Below, in pieces: positions 16,147 through 24,825 of a stretch of DNA of 38,838 nucleotides. Source of the DNA: a virus (taxonomy: Duplodnaviria > Heunggongvirae > Uroviricota > Caudoviricetes); IMG/VR virus record IMGVR_UViG_3300035670_000017, positions 128,850 through 167,687 of that record; one strand, written 5' to 3'. Under the pieces are notes generated by a model. It was not told where the DNA came from. It did not search any database and saw only the letters and a program-made list of their open reading frames with translations. Each line of letters begins with the position of its first letter. The stretch's first letter is position 1. A program made the translations under genes and the position numbers.

Positions 16147-17214
16147 ATGGAAAAACTTATCGCATCTTCTCCAGCTCAAGCTGTAGTTTTGAAGCTGATG
16201 ACACCTGGAACGGAAAACGAAACAGAGGCGGCATTGATGACTCTCGGCCTACGCCGCTCTAATATGACTGAAGTCGTCATCCCTAATGCTTCTATCACTT
16301 TGCGATATGACACTCATAATTTTGCAAAAGTTAATGATGAACTCTATGTTTGCAAAGACGAACAGGGTAATTATATCTTCGCTTGGCTGTATCATCAGTT
16401 AAATGGATACGACCTAGTGTCGGTTGCTCGTCTGAATAAGGAAACGGAGGCCATCGAGTTTCCTGCATTGTTTACGCCTTACCTGACACTCAAGAGTAAC
16501 TCGGACATCATCGGTAACAATATAGAGATGTTGGAATCGGTTCGATGGTATCGACACAATCAGACATTTTCCATGAATGTCTTTGGTCGCATTATTAAGG
16601 GAAGCTCCAAAGATCCGAATGTTGTATCTAGACGAAGTGAATGTTCCGATATTGAAATTCTAGAAACTCAAAAACAGTTCTCCATTAATTTTAGCGGAGG
16701 TCGGCTATCGTTTACAGAGTTATCTGTTTATCTAGAAGGGTCTCCAATAGCATCCACTAAAGAAATAATAGCTATGAATGCACTGGCGTTGCCTGACAAA
16801 AAGCAAGAACCCCCCAGTGACACAGCGTATAATAAAATATTGGAATTGATGCCCAGATGCATCGATGAGCACCTCGTGCATAATTACGATTATTTTCGTG
16901 ACATCGATACATGGTTGGAGCTAGCGCTATTCTTAGAAAACAAGATTAGAGATCATGAACTCTATATCATGCAAAAAAGGCGCGAAGATGAAGAGAAGTA
17001 TGAACGCGAAAGACAACAGCGATTGCGAGAACTAGAGCGCATCGCGGCTGATCTAAAGAAAAAACGGGAAGAAGGAGAGCAAAGAGAAATCAATGGAAAT
17101 GCCCCTAAGGGACCTGAAAATCCAGACAACCACAATAATTTCTATAACGGCCTAGCATTAGCTGCCTTGTTAGTTGCGGTTCTGGTAACGGTGCTCAATT
17201 GCTCAGGATCTTAA
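16147..17214 (+). CDS. Hypothetical protein with a charged coiled coil and C-terminal TM anchor (355 aa)
   Basis: ATG at 16147 with SD TAAGGAAA. E/R/K-rich helix, then LALAALLVAVLVTVL at the C-terminus. Confidence 0.75.
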   Translation: MEKLIASSPAQAVVLKLMTPGTENETEAALMTLGLRRSNMTEVVIPNASITLRYDTHNFAKVNDELYVCKDEQGNYIFAWLYHQLNGYDLVSVARLNKETEAIEFPALFTPYLTLKSNSDIIGNNIEMLESVRWYRHNQTFSMNVFGRIIKGSSKDPNVVSRRSECSDIEILETQKQFSINFSGGRLSFTELSVYLEGSPIASTKEIIAMNALALPDKKQEPPSDTAYNKILELMPRCIDEHLVHNYDYFRDIDTWLELALFLENKIRDHELYIMQKRREDEEKYERERQQRLRELERIAADLKKKREEGEQREINGNAPKGPENPDNHNNFYNGLALAALLVAVLVTVLNCSGS

Positions 17215-17217
17215 GAA

Positions 17218-17613
17218 ATGTCACACGTCACCTATACTCACAAAAACTACACCCATAACCTATCAACCAATTCCAGAGCCTATGAGCTTTTACAGGAGTC
17301 CAAAAAGGATCCCAGTAAAAGTCAAGCACTTGTTAAACATTTGGAACAAGTCAGCAAAGAAGCCAAGGAAGCCTCTAAGAACACCCTGACTCCAGTCCAA
17401 TGGCTCGCTTCGATGGGTTTCAAGGTAGTTCCTACTATTGTCGAAGCACCTAACGCTTATAGCCTGGAATATCACACATACACCACAAGACGAATCAGTC
17501 GTACGGATAATGAACCCATCACTAAACTTGATCTAGCGCGCTGGGAAGCAGTGACTCAACTATTCCAGGCTAAGTATCCAGATAGAGATATCTGGGCCGT
17601 AGAGAGTGAATAA
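17218..17613 (+). CDS. Hypothetical protein (131 aa)
   Basis: Starts 3 nt after the previous stop. No motif recognised. Confidence 0.7.
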   Translation: MSHVTYTHKNYTHNLSTNSRAYELLQESKKDPSKSQALVKHLEQVSKEAKEASKNTLTPVQWLASMGFKVVPTIVEAPNAYSLEYHTYTTRRISRTDNEPITKLDLARWEAVTQLFQAKYPDRDIWAVESE

Positions 17614-17711
17614 ATAGGAAAAAGAAACAAGATGCATATCTAGTGCATTCTCCATGGTGCGTGCCGTAGCTAAGCGCGCATCTTCCTTCCCTTAACGTAC
17701 GTTAAACAACT

Positions 17712-18422
17712 ATGTCTGAACAACAAACATCCGATTTCAAGGTCCAAGAATTCCCCTGGGCTTCGCTTTACATCCCTACTCCTGGTAAAGACCGGGAGCG
17801 ATCTTCTTTCATGTGGAGTGCTTTGAACCGCAATCCCCGAGCTACCGTGTGGACACGTATTGACGATGAAGAAGTCGTCGACGGTAAGAAGAAGGGTCCG
17901 ATCCAAGTAGGCTTTGGTCATGCTGTGATCATGGATATCCTGGATGAAGCCGAAGCGTTCTTCCGATCTGAAGATCAAGACATTTTGGCCTGGGACAACA
18001 TGGTCAGCGCCAAAGATGCAAATTCCCAGACCGGCTACGAAAAGACCATCGGCTCGACGCTGATCATGGGTCGCTTGGAAGATGGCATTTGTTTCATCGG
18101 TTTGAAATCGGCTGACAAGTCTCGTCCTGAGCTGACGTTCCATTTCCGCGGTTTTGACTGGCATGTCCCCCGTCGTAAAAACATGCCTGTGACGGAAGCA
18201 GAAAAGTCCAAGCGTCACGCTATCGCCACCATTCGCTATCTGCGCACAGCTTTCAGCAACATGATGGATGGGCAAACTCCTGAAGAGCGCAAGGCTCAAG
18301 CAGAAGCGCGCAAGGCGCGTCGTGAAGGCGGCGGCTATCGCCCACGTCAAAACGGCCAGAACAGCGCCCCTAAGCCCAAGATGGCCTCGACAAGCGGTTT
18401 TGACGACGATTACCAGTTCTAA
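17712..18422 (+). CDS. chmC: ChmC-like phage-nucleus-associated nucleic-acid-binding protein (236 aa)
   Basis: Size, a beta-strand-rich core with a disordered R/G/Q-rich tail, and position just upstream of the gp68-like and PicA-like genes match ChmC (PhiPA3 gp61 family). Mostly synteny. Confidence 0.65.
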   Translation: MSEQQTSDFKVQEFPWASLYIPTPGKDRERSSFMWSALNRNPRATVWTRIDDEEVVDGKKKGPIQVGFGHAVIMDILDEAEAFFRSEDQDILAWDNMVSAKDANSQTGYEKTIGSTLIMGRLEDGICFIGLKSADKSRPELTFHFRGFDWHVPRRKNMPVTEAEKSKRHAIATIRYLRTAFSNMMDGQTPEERKAQAEARKARREGGGYRPRQNGQNSAPKPKMASTSGFDDDYQF

Positions 18423-18431
18423 ATGAAAGGA

Positions 18432-18459
18432 TCGAGTATCTCCGCAAGGAGATACTCGA
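18432..18459. terminator. Hairpin with GNRA loop
   Basis: TCGAGTATCTCC-GCAA-GGAGATACTCGA, 12-bp perfect stem with no U-tract. Confidence 0.65.
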
Positions 18460-18468
18460 CAATCAAAT

Positions 18469-19107
18469 ATGCGCGAAGACTTGACAGAAAAACTTATCAC
18501 AGAGATCTCTCCTACTCCCAAACGGGACTATGGAATTACTGCTCTTAAACAGACCACGAAGAAGCCGTCATGGTTTATTAAGCCATGGTGGTTATTTGTT
18601 CCTGGCACGCTAAGCCACGCGGCTTGTCCAGACGAAGATACTGCGCTGGAGATCTATACTCAGTTCTTCCTGTTCAATAATCCCCAGTGTCAAAAGGCCC
18701 TGTTTGGTTCCTTGATGCAAGACATCGTCCATGCTGAGACAGCGATCTTCAATATCTACGACGACTCCAAAGCTTCTGTTGAATTTGCAGTTGCGACTGT
18801 AGACGGTATCGTCAATCGCTGGAAAGAAAAAATCAGTGGTTTGATTGGTACCAATTTTCTGCATCAGTTTGGATTCTTCATTGATACGCCAGCTGTTTAC
18901 CAGCATCATGATCCCGTCAACACCTACGATGCATCTCCGGTCATGAAGGCGCTGTGTAATGGCGCTGCTCCTTATGATTTTCTGGCTAATCATCCAGAGA
19001 CTCAGAACCAATTCAATCGGCATCTGTTGGGACTTTCCTATCACGCCCTGAATAATAAGTTACAGGTTGCAAAAATTGTAACTGACTCTATTCAAAATAA
19101 ATCGTAA
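18469..19107 (+). CDS. Hypothetical protein (212 aa)
   Basis: ORF between chmC and the gp68-like gene. No motif recognised. Confidence 0.75.
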   Translation: MREDLTEKLITEISPTPKRDYGITALKQTTKKPSWFIKPWWLFVPGTLSHAACPDEDTALEIYTQFFLFNNPQCQKALFGSLMQDIVHAETAIFNIYDDSKASVEFAVATVDGIVNRWKEKISGLIGTNFLHQFGFFIDTPAVYQHHDPVNTYDASPVMKALCNGAAPYDFLANHPETQNQFNRHLLGLSYHALNNKLQVAKIVTDSIQNKS

Positions 19108-19177
19108 GTATCTATATATTGTGAGCCTAGAACAGCTTCACTTTCTAGATATCTCAAACCCAACCTTTACCTCCAAA

Positions 19178-19558
19178 ATGCAAACTCAATTCCAGCCCCG
19201 TTCCGATTCCTTCCGTCAACGCACTCCTGGTGGCGCTCAGCGCCGTCAGTACGGCAATCGTCCCTCGTATGGTCATCAAGACCACAACGAACCCCAAGAG
19301 ACCTATCAACAGCTGATGGAGCGTCTGTACACCCATGCTGACCGTGTCGTGAAGACTCGCAGTCTGCGTGAAGCTCATGAGCATGCAGCCATGGTCTTCC
19401 GTGCAACTCGTTCCGGCAACACCCCTCGTGTTCTGTTCGATGCCGGTACTTGGACCAAGGAAGACGAGAAGCCTACACTGACACTGGTTCAGTTCAGTGA
19501 CAAGGTTCAGCAGATCCTGCGCCAGCTGCGCACTCGTCAATTCCAAATCGTCGAATAA
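19178..19558 (+). CDS. Hypothetical protein with a Q/R/G-rich disordered N-terminus (126 aa)
   Basis: ATG 19178 after an A/C-rich leader (start uncertain). QPRSDSFRQRTPGGAQRRQYGNRPSYG is followed by a helical domain. Confidence 0.65.
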   Translation: MQTQFQPRSDSFRQRTPGGAQRRQYGNRPSYGHQDHNEPQETYQQLMERLYTHADRVVKTRSLREAHEHAAMVFRATRSGNTPRVLFDAGTWTKEDEKPTLTLVQFSDKVQQILRQLRTRQFQIVE

Positions 19559-19565
19559 TGACACT

Positions 19566-19593
19566 CTACCAGGTACCTTTCGGTACCTGGTAG
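19566..19593. terminator. Hairpin
   Basis: CTACCAGGTACC-TTTC-GGTACCTGGTAG, 12-bp perfect stem, then TTGTCTGTTTGTT. Confidence 0.75.
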
Positions 19594-19698
19594 TTGTCTG
19601 TTTGTTCTTGGAAAAATACAAAACATAAGATAAGGAAAAAACGATATAGGCGGTATATCTGATGTGGAAGGATGCCGTTTGTAAACTTATACAAGCAT

Positions 19699-19714
19699 AT
19701 ATACTCTACTTGAG
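19699..19714 (+). promoter_or_regulatory. Candidate early promoter motif ATATACTCTACTTGAG, copy 3
   Basis: Identical to 5299-5314, 41 nt upstream of the nvRNAP gp68-like start. Confidence 0.8.
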
Positions 19715-19754
19715 GTATAGAGAGTATATCTCTGAATTTATTAAGAGGAAGTCT

Positions 19755-21326
19755 ATGCGTATTACGCCAGATGTATCTTCGCTGCTTAGCCAAGAGCGAT
19801 GCGTGCTTGTGGAGCACGAAATAGATGGAGTTATGAGGAAGATCGTCTTCCCGCTCAGTCTGTACAAAAAGAACCACTTTTCAGGCGACAATGAAACCTT
19901 TCACTGCATCAATGACTATTGGGCAAGCCTGAGCTATGATGACCAATCCAAGATCTATGCAATCTACGAAGACATTCGTGAATTGTTCGACTCTCCGATT
20001 GGTAACAACGAACTTCGTGTCGAGTTGACTAAACTTGTCACAGAACTTCTGAGTTTCCACCAGACCCACGATGTGGTCAACTGGATTAAGACCAAATCCA
20101 AACTGAAGGTACCAGCTACAGGCATCGATGCTGAGTATGTCTATGACGTAGACAAGAACACTACGTTGGATAAGACTTACATCCGTGAAGACTATATCGG
20201 CCTGATGGCTCTGTCTGTGATCTTCCGGTGCATGATTCCCATCTGGGCTATGTTCAGCAAGCCTGTCAAGGATGCTGTCGGTAAAACCCTGAAGGAAACC
20301 TATTCGTTCTTGCTGGTCAAGGATTCTCAAATCTGGCACTCTCCTGAGTTGCTGCGTTTGCTCAATTACATCAAGGCTAACATCAACAAAGACAGCTACA
20401 CTGGCAATCATACACTTGAAGGCATCTGCTCGGATGACATGCCGATGTATTTGCTGTGTTTGGTTTGCGTGCGTAAACTGTATCAAGGTGAAGATCTGTA
20501 TTCTGATAGCCCTCGTCAGAATCTGGCAGCCTTGGTCTATACGTATGTGATCGATCGACCTGGACCTAATGGCAACGACTATAGCCAGCAAGTTCGCAGC
20601 AAGGTCATCAATCGCGAAGGCAGTGGTGAGACCAATGAGAACTCCGGTGGTTCCCTGGAGCTGTACAAAGCTCGGGCACCCGTGACTGTCGGACGTATCG
20701 CTGAGATGGAATACTCTTTGCGTGATCCGTACTCTTTGGTGATCCAGCTGTGTCCTGATGCTGATGACCGGGAAATCACCCGCGACATGGAACGAGCACT
20801 GGTGACGTCCATGGAGATGCTCAACAAAGACGTGCAGTCTCCCCAAGTGACGCTGACTCAATGGGTCATTGCCCCTGTGTTCCCACCACAAGGCTTGTTC
20901 TATATGGAAGAAGACATCGTTGTTCGATGCTGCGCCATTGCTGAGACAGTCTTGCGTCATCGCGGATTCGACTATCTGGCTTTGCTGGCTACCAGCGTGC
21001 CGATCATCGAAGAAAACAACATGCGCATTACTCCGATCGGGAGTAAAGCACAGATCACAGAAGAGCTAGCTACAGCCTTGTCCAAGAACTTCCCGTTCCG
21101 TCGGGAACCTAAGAAGAAGACCGTGACCAATGTGAGTCATGATTTTGTTCAAGAGGACATCAAGAACTTAGCAGCTGACTTTTCTCGGCAGGTTTGGCGT
21201 GCAACCGCAGATGAAGCTTTGGTCCGTAAGGTCCTAGGCTCACATATGCGACGCATCCCGATCCTCCCAAGCTTGCGCAGTGATATCGGATTCATGCTTG
21301 TCAAAGCTGAAGAACAATTCAACTGA
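19755..21326 (+). CDS. nvRNAP promoter-specificity subunit, phiKZ gp68-like (523 aa)
   Basis: ATG 19755 with SD GAGGA, downstream of promoter copy 3. About 520 aa, helical, and in the canonical gp68-PicA-gp70-beta-beta'-helicase order. Confidence 0.7.
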   Translation: MRITPDVSSLLSQERCVLVEHEIDGVMRKIVFPLSLYKKNHFSGDNETFHCINDYWASLSYDDQSKIYAIYEDIRELFDSPIGNNELRVELTKLVTELLSFHQTHDVVNWIKTKSKLKVPATGIDAEYVYDVDKNTTLDKTYIREDYIGLMALSVIFRCMIPIWAMFSKPVKDAVGKTLKETYSFLLVKDSQIWHSPELLRLLNYIKANINKDSYTGNHTLEGICSDDMPMYLLCLVCVRKLYQGEDLYSDSPRQNLAALVYTYVIDRPGPNGNDYSQQVRSKVINREGSGETNENSGGSLELYKARAPVTVGRIAEMEYSLRDPYSLVIQLCPDADDREITRDMERALVTSMEMLNKDVQSPQVTLTQWVIAPVFPPQGLFYMEEDIVVRCCAIAETVLRHRGFDYLALLATSVPIIEENNMRITPIGSKAQITEELATALSKNFPFRREPKKKTVTNVSHDFVQEDIKNLAADFSRQVWRATADEALVRKVLGSHMRRIPILPSLRSDIGFMLVKAEEQFN

Positions 21327-21368
21327 GCATAACTATTTCGCCCTCCGTTAACTTAAAAGGAAATACAA

Positions 21369-22835
21369 ATGTCACATTCTCGCTTCGGTGGTGATATCGT
21401 CAAGATTCGCAGCATGTTTATTCAGCAGACTGGTGCGTTTCATGACGTCTACAACCGTGCTTTTCAAATGGAACTCAATGAGCATTCCATGGAAAGTATT
21501 CGGAATCGACTGATGTCTGCTGGCAAAGGTCGTATCACAGCCAATAGCTTCCGTGGCATCAGCGCTGGCATTTTGGCTCCCGTATCTTCGGTAACAGATC
21601 GTGACTTGATCGAGATTCCAGAAGGCTGGGGCGAGTCTCGTTGCCGATTCATGATGGAAGTCGTGGTGGAGTCTCGTCTGGGTGGTGAAGATGTTTACTA
21701 CTTCCAGGGATTCTCCTCGTATCTGGGTTTGACTCGCAATGGCAACATTGATGAGAATATGCCTTGGTACATCAATGGCTTCATTCGTGTGCAGCGCGTC
21801 GAACGCATGACTCCTCGCGGTCCTGAGTATTTCGGGATTGTCAAGGAATCGGCTCAGGTGATCGATGGCCGCTTGGTCTATGATAGCAACAACCGCGTGG
21901 AACTCATGCGGACTGTTGACGTCTATAGCAACATGCAGCAGCGCTTCATCTCCAATGGCTATGCCAGTGAAGTCAGTGACTATCGCACTCGCTTGAATTC
22001 TCCAGCAGATGCGATCTTCGCTCGTCGAGCCGACAACCTTCCCGGCCAATACCTCAGCTCCACACTGGAAACTTATCGCCGAAATATCCAGCCCATGGAC
22101 TTCGGCGTAGATAGCGACAATATCCTGGCACGCACTCAGCAAGAGCTGGCTTCGGATATCGCTATGCTGGAGGACAATCCATTCCTGCGTCAGCTAGCTG
22201 TGATCAAGCAAGTACAAGTGGCGACCAACTTCACGTTGCGTGACCTGTACGATCTGGATCCAGACTGCCGCCGGAACGGTGTGATCGAGGGCACCATCCT
22301 GGAAGGTCGTGCATTGGCTAAGCTGGCTAGCACCGATGCTTATGTGAGTGACTGGCGCGCGGCGACCATCGAAGCTCAGTGGGCTACGCAGATCGCAAAC
22401 AGCCTGGGCGCGATCATGATGAGTAACTATCATCGTGGTTACACTGGTAGCATCAGTAACCTGAACATCGATCATGAAATCGTGGTGATGACTGAAGATG
22501 CTCTTCCGATTGCAGAGAACATGCCTTTGGAGATCTTCGAGCGTATGGAGCAACAAATCCATGATCTGTTGTTCGATCTGTCTGGCGCCGGTCGGGATGA
22601 CTTCGCAATTCGCGTGTCTGCTAACCTGTATGACCAGACAGAAATCTTTGTAAGTGTCCACGGTGGTCACGAGCAGCGATTCTTCGTGCCGTCTTTCGCA
22701 GACAGCTTGATGACTCCGTTCTTCACTCGTGACGCAACTCACTTGGAGAATCTCTCCAATGACATCGAGACACTGATCCACCGTCTGCCAAACGAGCTGG
22801 ATTCCTCCACAGGTTACGCTGTAAGCGGCATTTAA
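21369..22835 (+). CDS. picA: PicA/Imp1-like phage-nucleus protein import factor (phiKZ gp69-like, 488 aa)
   Basis: Lies immediately downstream of the gp68-like gene, with compatible size. Assigned by synteny, not by motif. Confidence 0.6.
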   Translation: MSHSRFGGDIVKIRSMFIQQTGAFHDVYNRAFQMELNEHSMESIRNRLMSAGKGRITANSFRGISAGILAPVSSVTDRDLIEIPEGWGESRCRFMMEVVVESRLGGEDVYYFQGFSSYLGLTRNGNIDENMPWYINGFIRVQRVERMTPRGPEYFGIVKESAQVIDGRLVYDSNNRVELMRTVDVYSNMQQRFISNGYASEVSDYRTRLNSPADAIFARRADNLPGQYLSSTLETYRRNIQPMDFGVDSDNILARTQQELASDIAMLEDNPFLRQLAVIKQVQVATNFTLRDLYDLDPDCRRNGVIEGTILEGRALAKLASTDAYVSDWRAATIEAQWATQIANSLGAIMMSNYHRGYTGSISNLNIDHEIVVMTEDALPIAENMPLEIFERMEQQIHDLLFDLSGAGRDDFAIRVSANLYDQTEIFVSVHGGHEQRFFVPSFADSLMTPFFTRDATHLENLSNDIETLIHRLPNELDSSTGYAVSGI

Positions 22836-22843
22836 GCAACCCT

Positions 22844-22876
22844 GACTCATGGACCTTAACGGGTCCATGAGTCTTT
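22844..22876 (+). terminator. Hairpin, probable terminator
   Basis: GACTCATGGACC / GGTCCATGAGTC, 12-bp stem followed by TTT. Confidence 0.7.
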
Positions 22877-22887
22877 GAGAAACAAAT

Positions 22888-24354
22888 ATGAGCGAACCTA
22901 CCATTTTGGATTTCTACTTTGACTTGCTGGATTCGGCTGGTCTTCAGGTAGATGATGACTTCTTCGTCGTACACAAACCAGAGTCCGACAAGAAGAAGCC
23001 TGATAACGTAATGGTTATGAACCGTAAACTGGTTCTGCCGTTCCCAGGACACTTGAAGAACCCTGATCCTGACAACAACGTCTTCTTTCATCCGCTGTGT
23101 GAGCAGATTATCCGCGGTGAGTCTGAAGTCTTTGCGTTCTACAAGCGCGCGATGACTATGCGACTGATCTTGTCGATCAGTACGCTGGGCTCTGGTCTGA
23201 TCCGCCTGCACACCGACATCAATCTGCAAAAGAGTATGTCGATTCAGCAAATCGAGTTCATCAAGGACTTGGTGGATGCGGAAGACAAGACCATCGCCAC
23301 TTGGACTTCGTTCATCTGGGGTCACATCAAAGCTCATCCGCATGACTCGACACACTGGCCTTTGCGTCTGTATGTCAAACAAAATGGTCGTCATGGCGGT
23401 AAGAGCTACCAGCGTGTGTGTTCTGTGGCGTTTCCTCTGTTTGAGCGTCTGTTTGAAGGTGAAGAGCCATGCAAGCCAGGCACTGATCAGAAGTACCGCG
23501 CTAAGGACTACAAAGCTTTCAAACAACTGGCAAAGGCTATCTTCCCAGAAGTCGATGCCGATGTGTCTGAAGCTTACAATAGCGGCTATGGCGATACATT
23601 TGCGCCGAACTTGCTGTCGTTCTTGATGAGCGTCAAGAAGATCAGTGATCGAATCAATCTGATCGCTGAAACTCTGAAGGAACCCCTGGAGCGTGCCGGT
23701 ATCAGCACTGATACCATTCTGGTCAAGACACCGTGGGAGACTTTCCTGACTGAAGATGGAGTGGCTAAGCTGGCTGTCTTCAATCGGAGAATCCCTGCGC
23801 TTCCTGGCAATATGGGTGTATCGGGCAATCAGGTTGAACCTACTGCTGAGGAAAATGCTCCTCCAGTGCGAAGCACTCAGCGTCCTACTCAAACTTCTGA
23901 CAATGACGCTAAGGCTCGCCTGCGTCAGCGTTGGGAAGCTGAAAAGGATGACACCGTGGATCCGCCGTGGGAAGATCGTCGACAGTCGTCTGAGTCCAAT
24001 GAGCCCAAGCCTACAGGACAAAAGACCATCGGCGACATTCTGCGCAAGCGTCCAGACCTGGAGCGTAGCACGCTGACCTACGAAGAAGAGAATCGACGCT
24101 ACGAGCCCCGTGGTCGTCAGTACGATGATTCCCGCGGTCGCACTAGTCGTTACGGTTCTCGTTACGACGAAGAAGATCGTCGTCGTGGTTGGCGTGAAGA
24201 GCCTGTTTCCCGTGGGCGCGGTTGGCGCGAAGATCCAGAGCCTCGGGGTTATGGACGGGACTACGGGCGTGATAATGGTCGCTACTCAGCACCTAGCCGA
24301 GGTCTTTATGACGATGAACCACTAGCTCGTCGCGGAGCTAACTGGCGTCGCTAA
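22888..24354 (+). CDS. phiKZ gp70-like core protein with an R/G/D/Y/W-rich disordered C-terminus (488 aa)
   Basis: Lies between the PicA-like gene and nvRNAP beta. Folded N-terminal ~315 aa followed by a long low-complexity tail. Confidence 0.65.
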   Translation: MSEPTILDFYFDLLDSAGLQVDDDFFVVHKPESDKKKPDNVMVMNRKLVLPFPGHLKNPDPDNNVFFHPLCEQIIRGESEVFAFYKRAMTMRLILSISTLGSGLIRLHTDINLQKSMSIQQIEFIKDLVDAEDKTIATWTSFIWGHIKAHPHDSTHWPLRLYVKQNGRHGGKSYQRVCSVAFPLFERLFEGEEPCKPGTDQKYRAKDYKAFKQLAKAIFPEVDADVSEAYNSGYGDTFAPNLLSFLMSVKKISDRINLIAETLKEPLERAGISTDTILVKTPWETFLTEDGVAKLAVFNRRIPALPGNMGVSGNQVEPTAEENAPPVRSTQRPTQTSDNDAKARLRQRWEAEKDDTVDPPWEDRRQSSESNEPKPTGQKTIGDILRKRPDLERSTLTYEEENRRYEPRGRQYDDSRGRTSRYGSRYDEEDRRRGWREEPVSRGRGWREDPEPRGYGRDYGRDNGRYSAPSRGLYDDEPLARRGANWRR

Positions 24355-24364
24355 GACCTGACAC

Positions 24365-24398
24365 TACCCAGATCTGCCCGAATGGACAGATCTGGGTA
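24365..24398. terminator. Bidirectional hairpin between convergent genes
   Basis: TACCCAGATCTG / CAGATCTGGGTA, 12-bp stem between stops at 24354 (+) and 24413 (-). Confidence 0.7.
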
Positions 24399-24412
24399 TG
24401 TGTGAATTTTTC

Positions 24413-24784
24413 TTATTGTCCTGGTTCGGTCTTAAGATTGGCTTTGCCTGTATTATATACAGACAGAATCTGATCAATGATATCTGTATCAGGAAGACGC
24501 ACTGTGGTCAGTTGGTTGACGAATTCAATTGGATTTGTCATCCCATTGAGAAGCAAAGTAAGGTAATGATACTTAGGCGCTAGTCCGAGGTCAGACAAGA
24601 CCGCGTAAAAGTCGCCATAGTACTTTCCTTTGTACTTATTATCAATAAGCACCTCTCGGACATTACCAGCTGTTTTGAGATATTGAAGGTGTTGCTCCAT
24701 GCAGGTCTTGACTGAAGGATCAAACATGGGCCAGCTGGCGTTGCTGTAAATCAGGAGTTCGTAGAGTTTTTGATTGGAGGCCAT
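24413..24784 (-). CDS. Conserved small protein, possible LysM-like (T4 gp53 / P2 gpX-type) baseplate component (123 aa)
   Basis: KYYGDFYAVLSDLGL...HYLTLLLNGMTNPIEF....VRLP pattern resembles LysM-type baseplate modules. Fold is inference. Confidence 0.5.
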   Translation of the reverse strand: MASNQKLYELLIYSNASWPMFDPSVKTCMEQHLQYLKTAGNVREVLIDNKYKGKYYGDFYAVLSDLGLAPKYHYLTLLLNGMTNPIEFVNQLTTVRLPDTDIIDQILSVYNTGKANLKTEPGQ

Positions 24785-24809
24785 GGCTTTTCTAGAATTT
24801 TAAGTTGGT

Positions 24810-24825
24810 ATATACTTTATATGAG
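24810..24825 (+). promoter_or_regulatory. Candidate early promoter motif ATATACTTTATATGAG, copy 4
   Basis: Two mismatches to copy 2, about 55 nt upstream of the nvRNAP beta gene. Confidence 0.65.
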
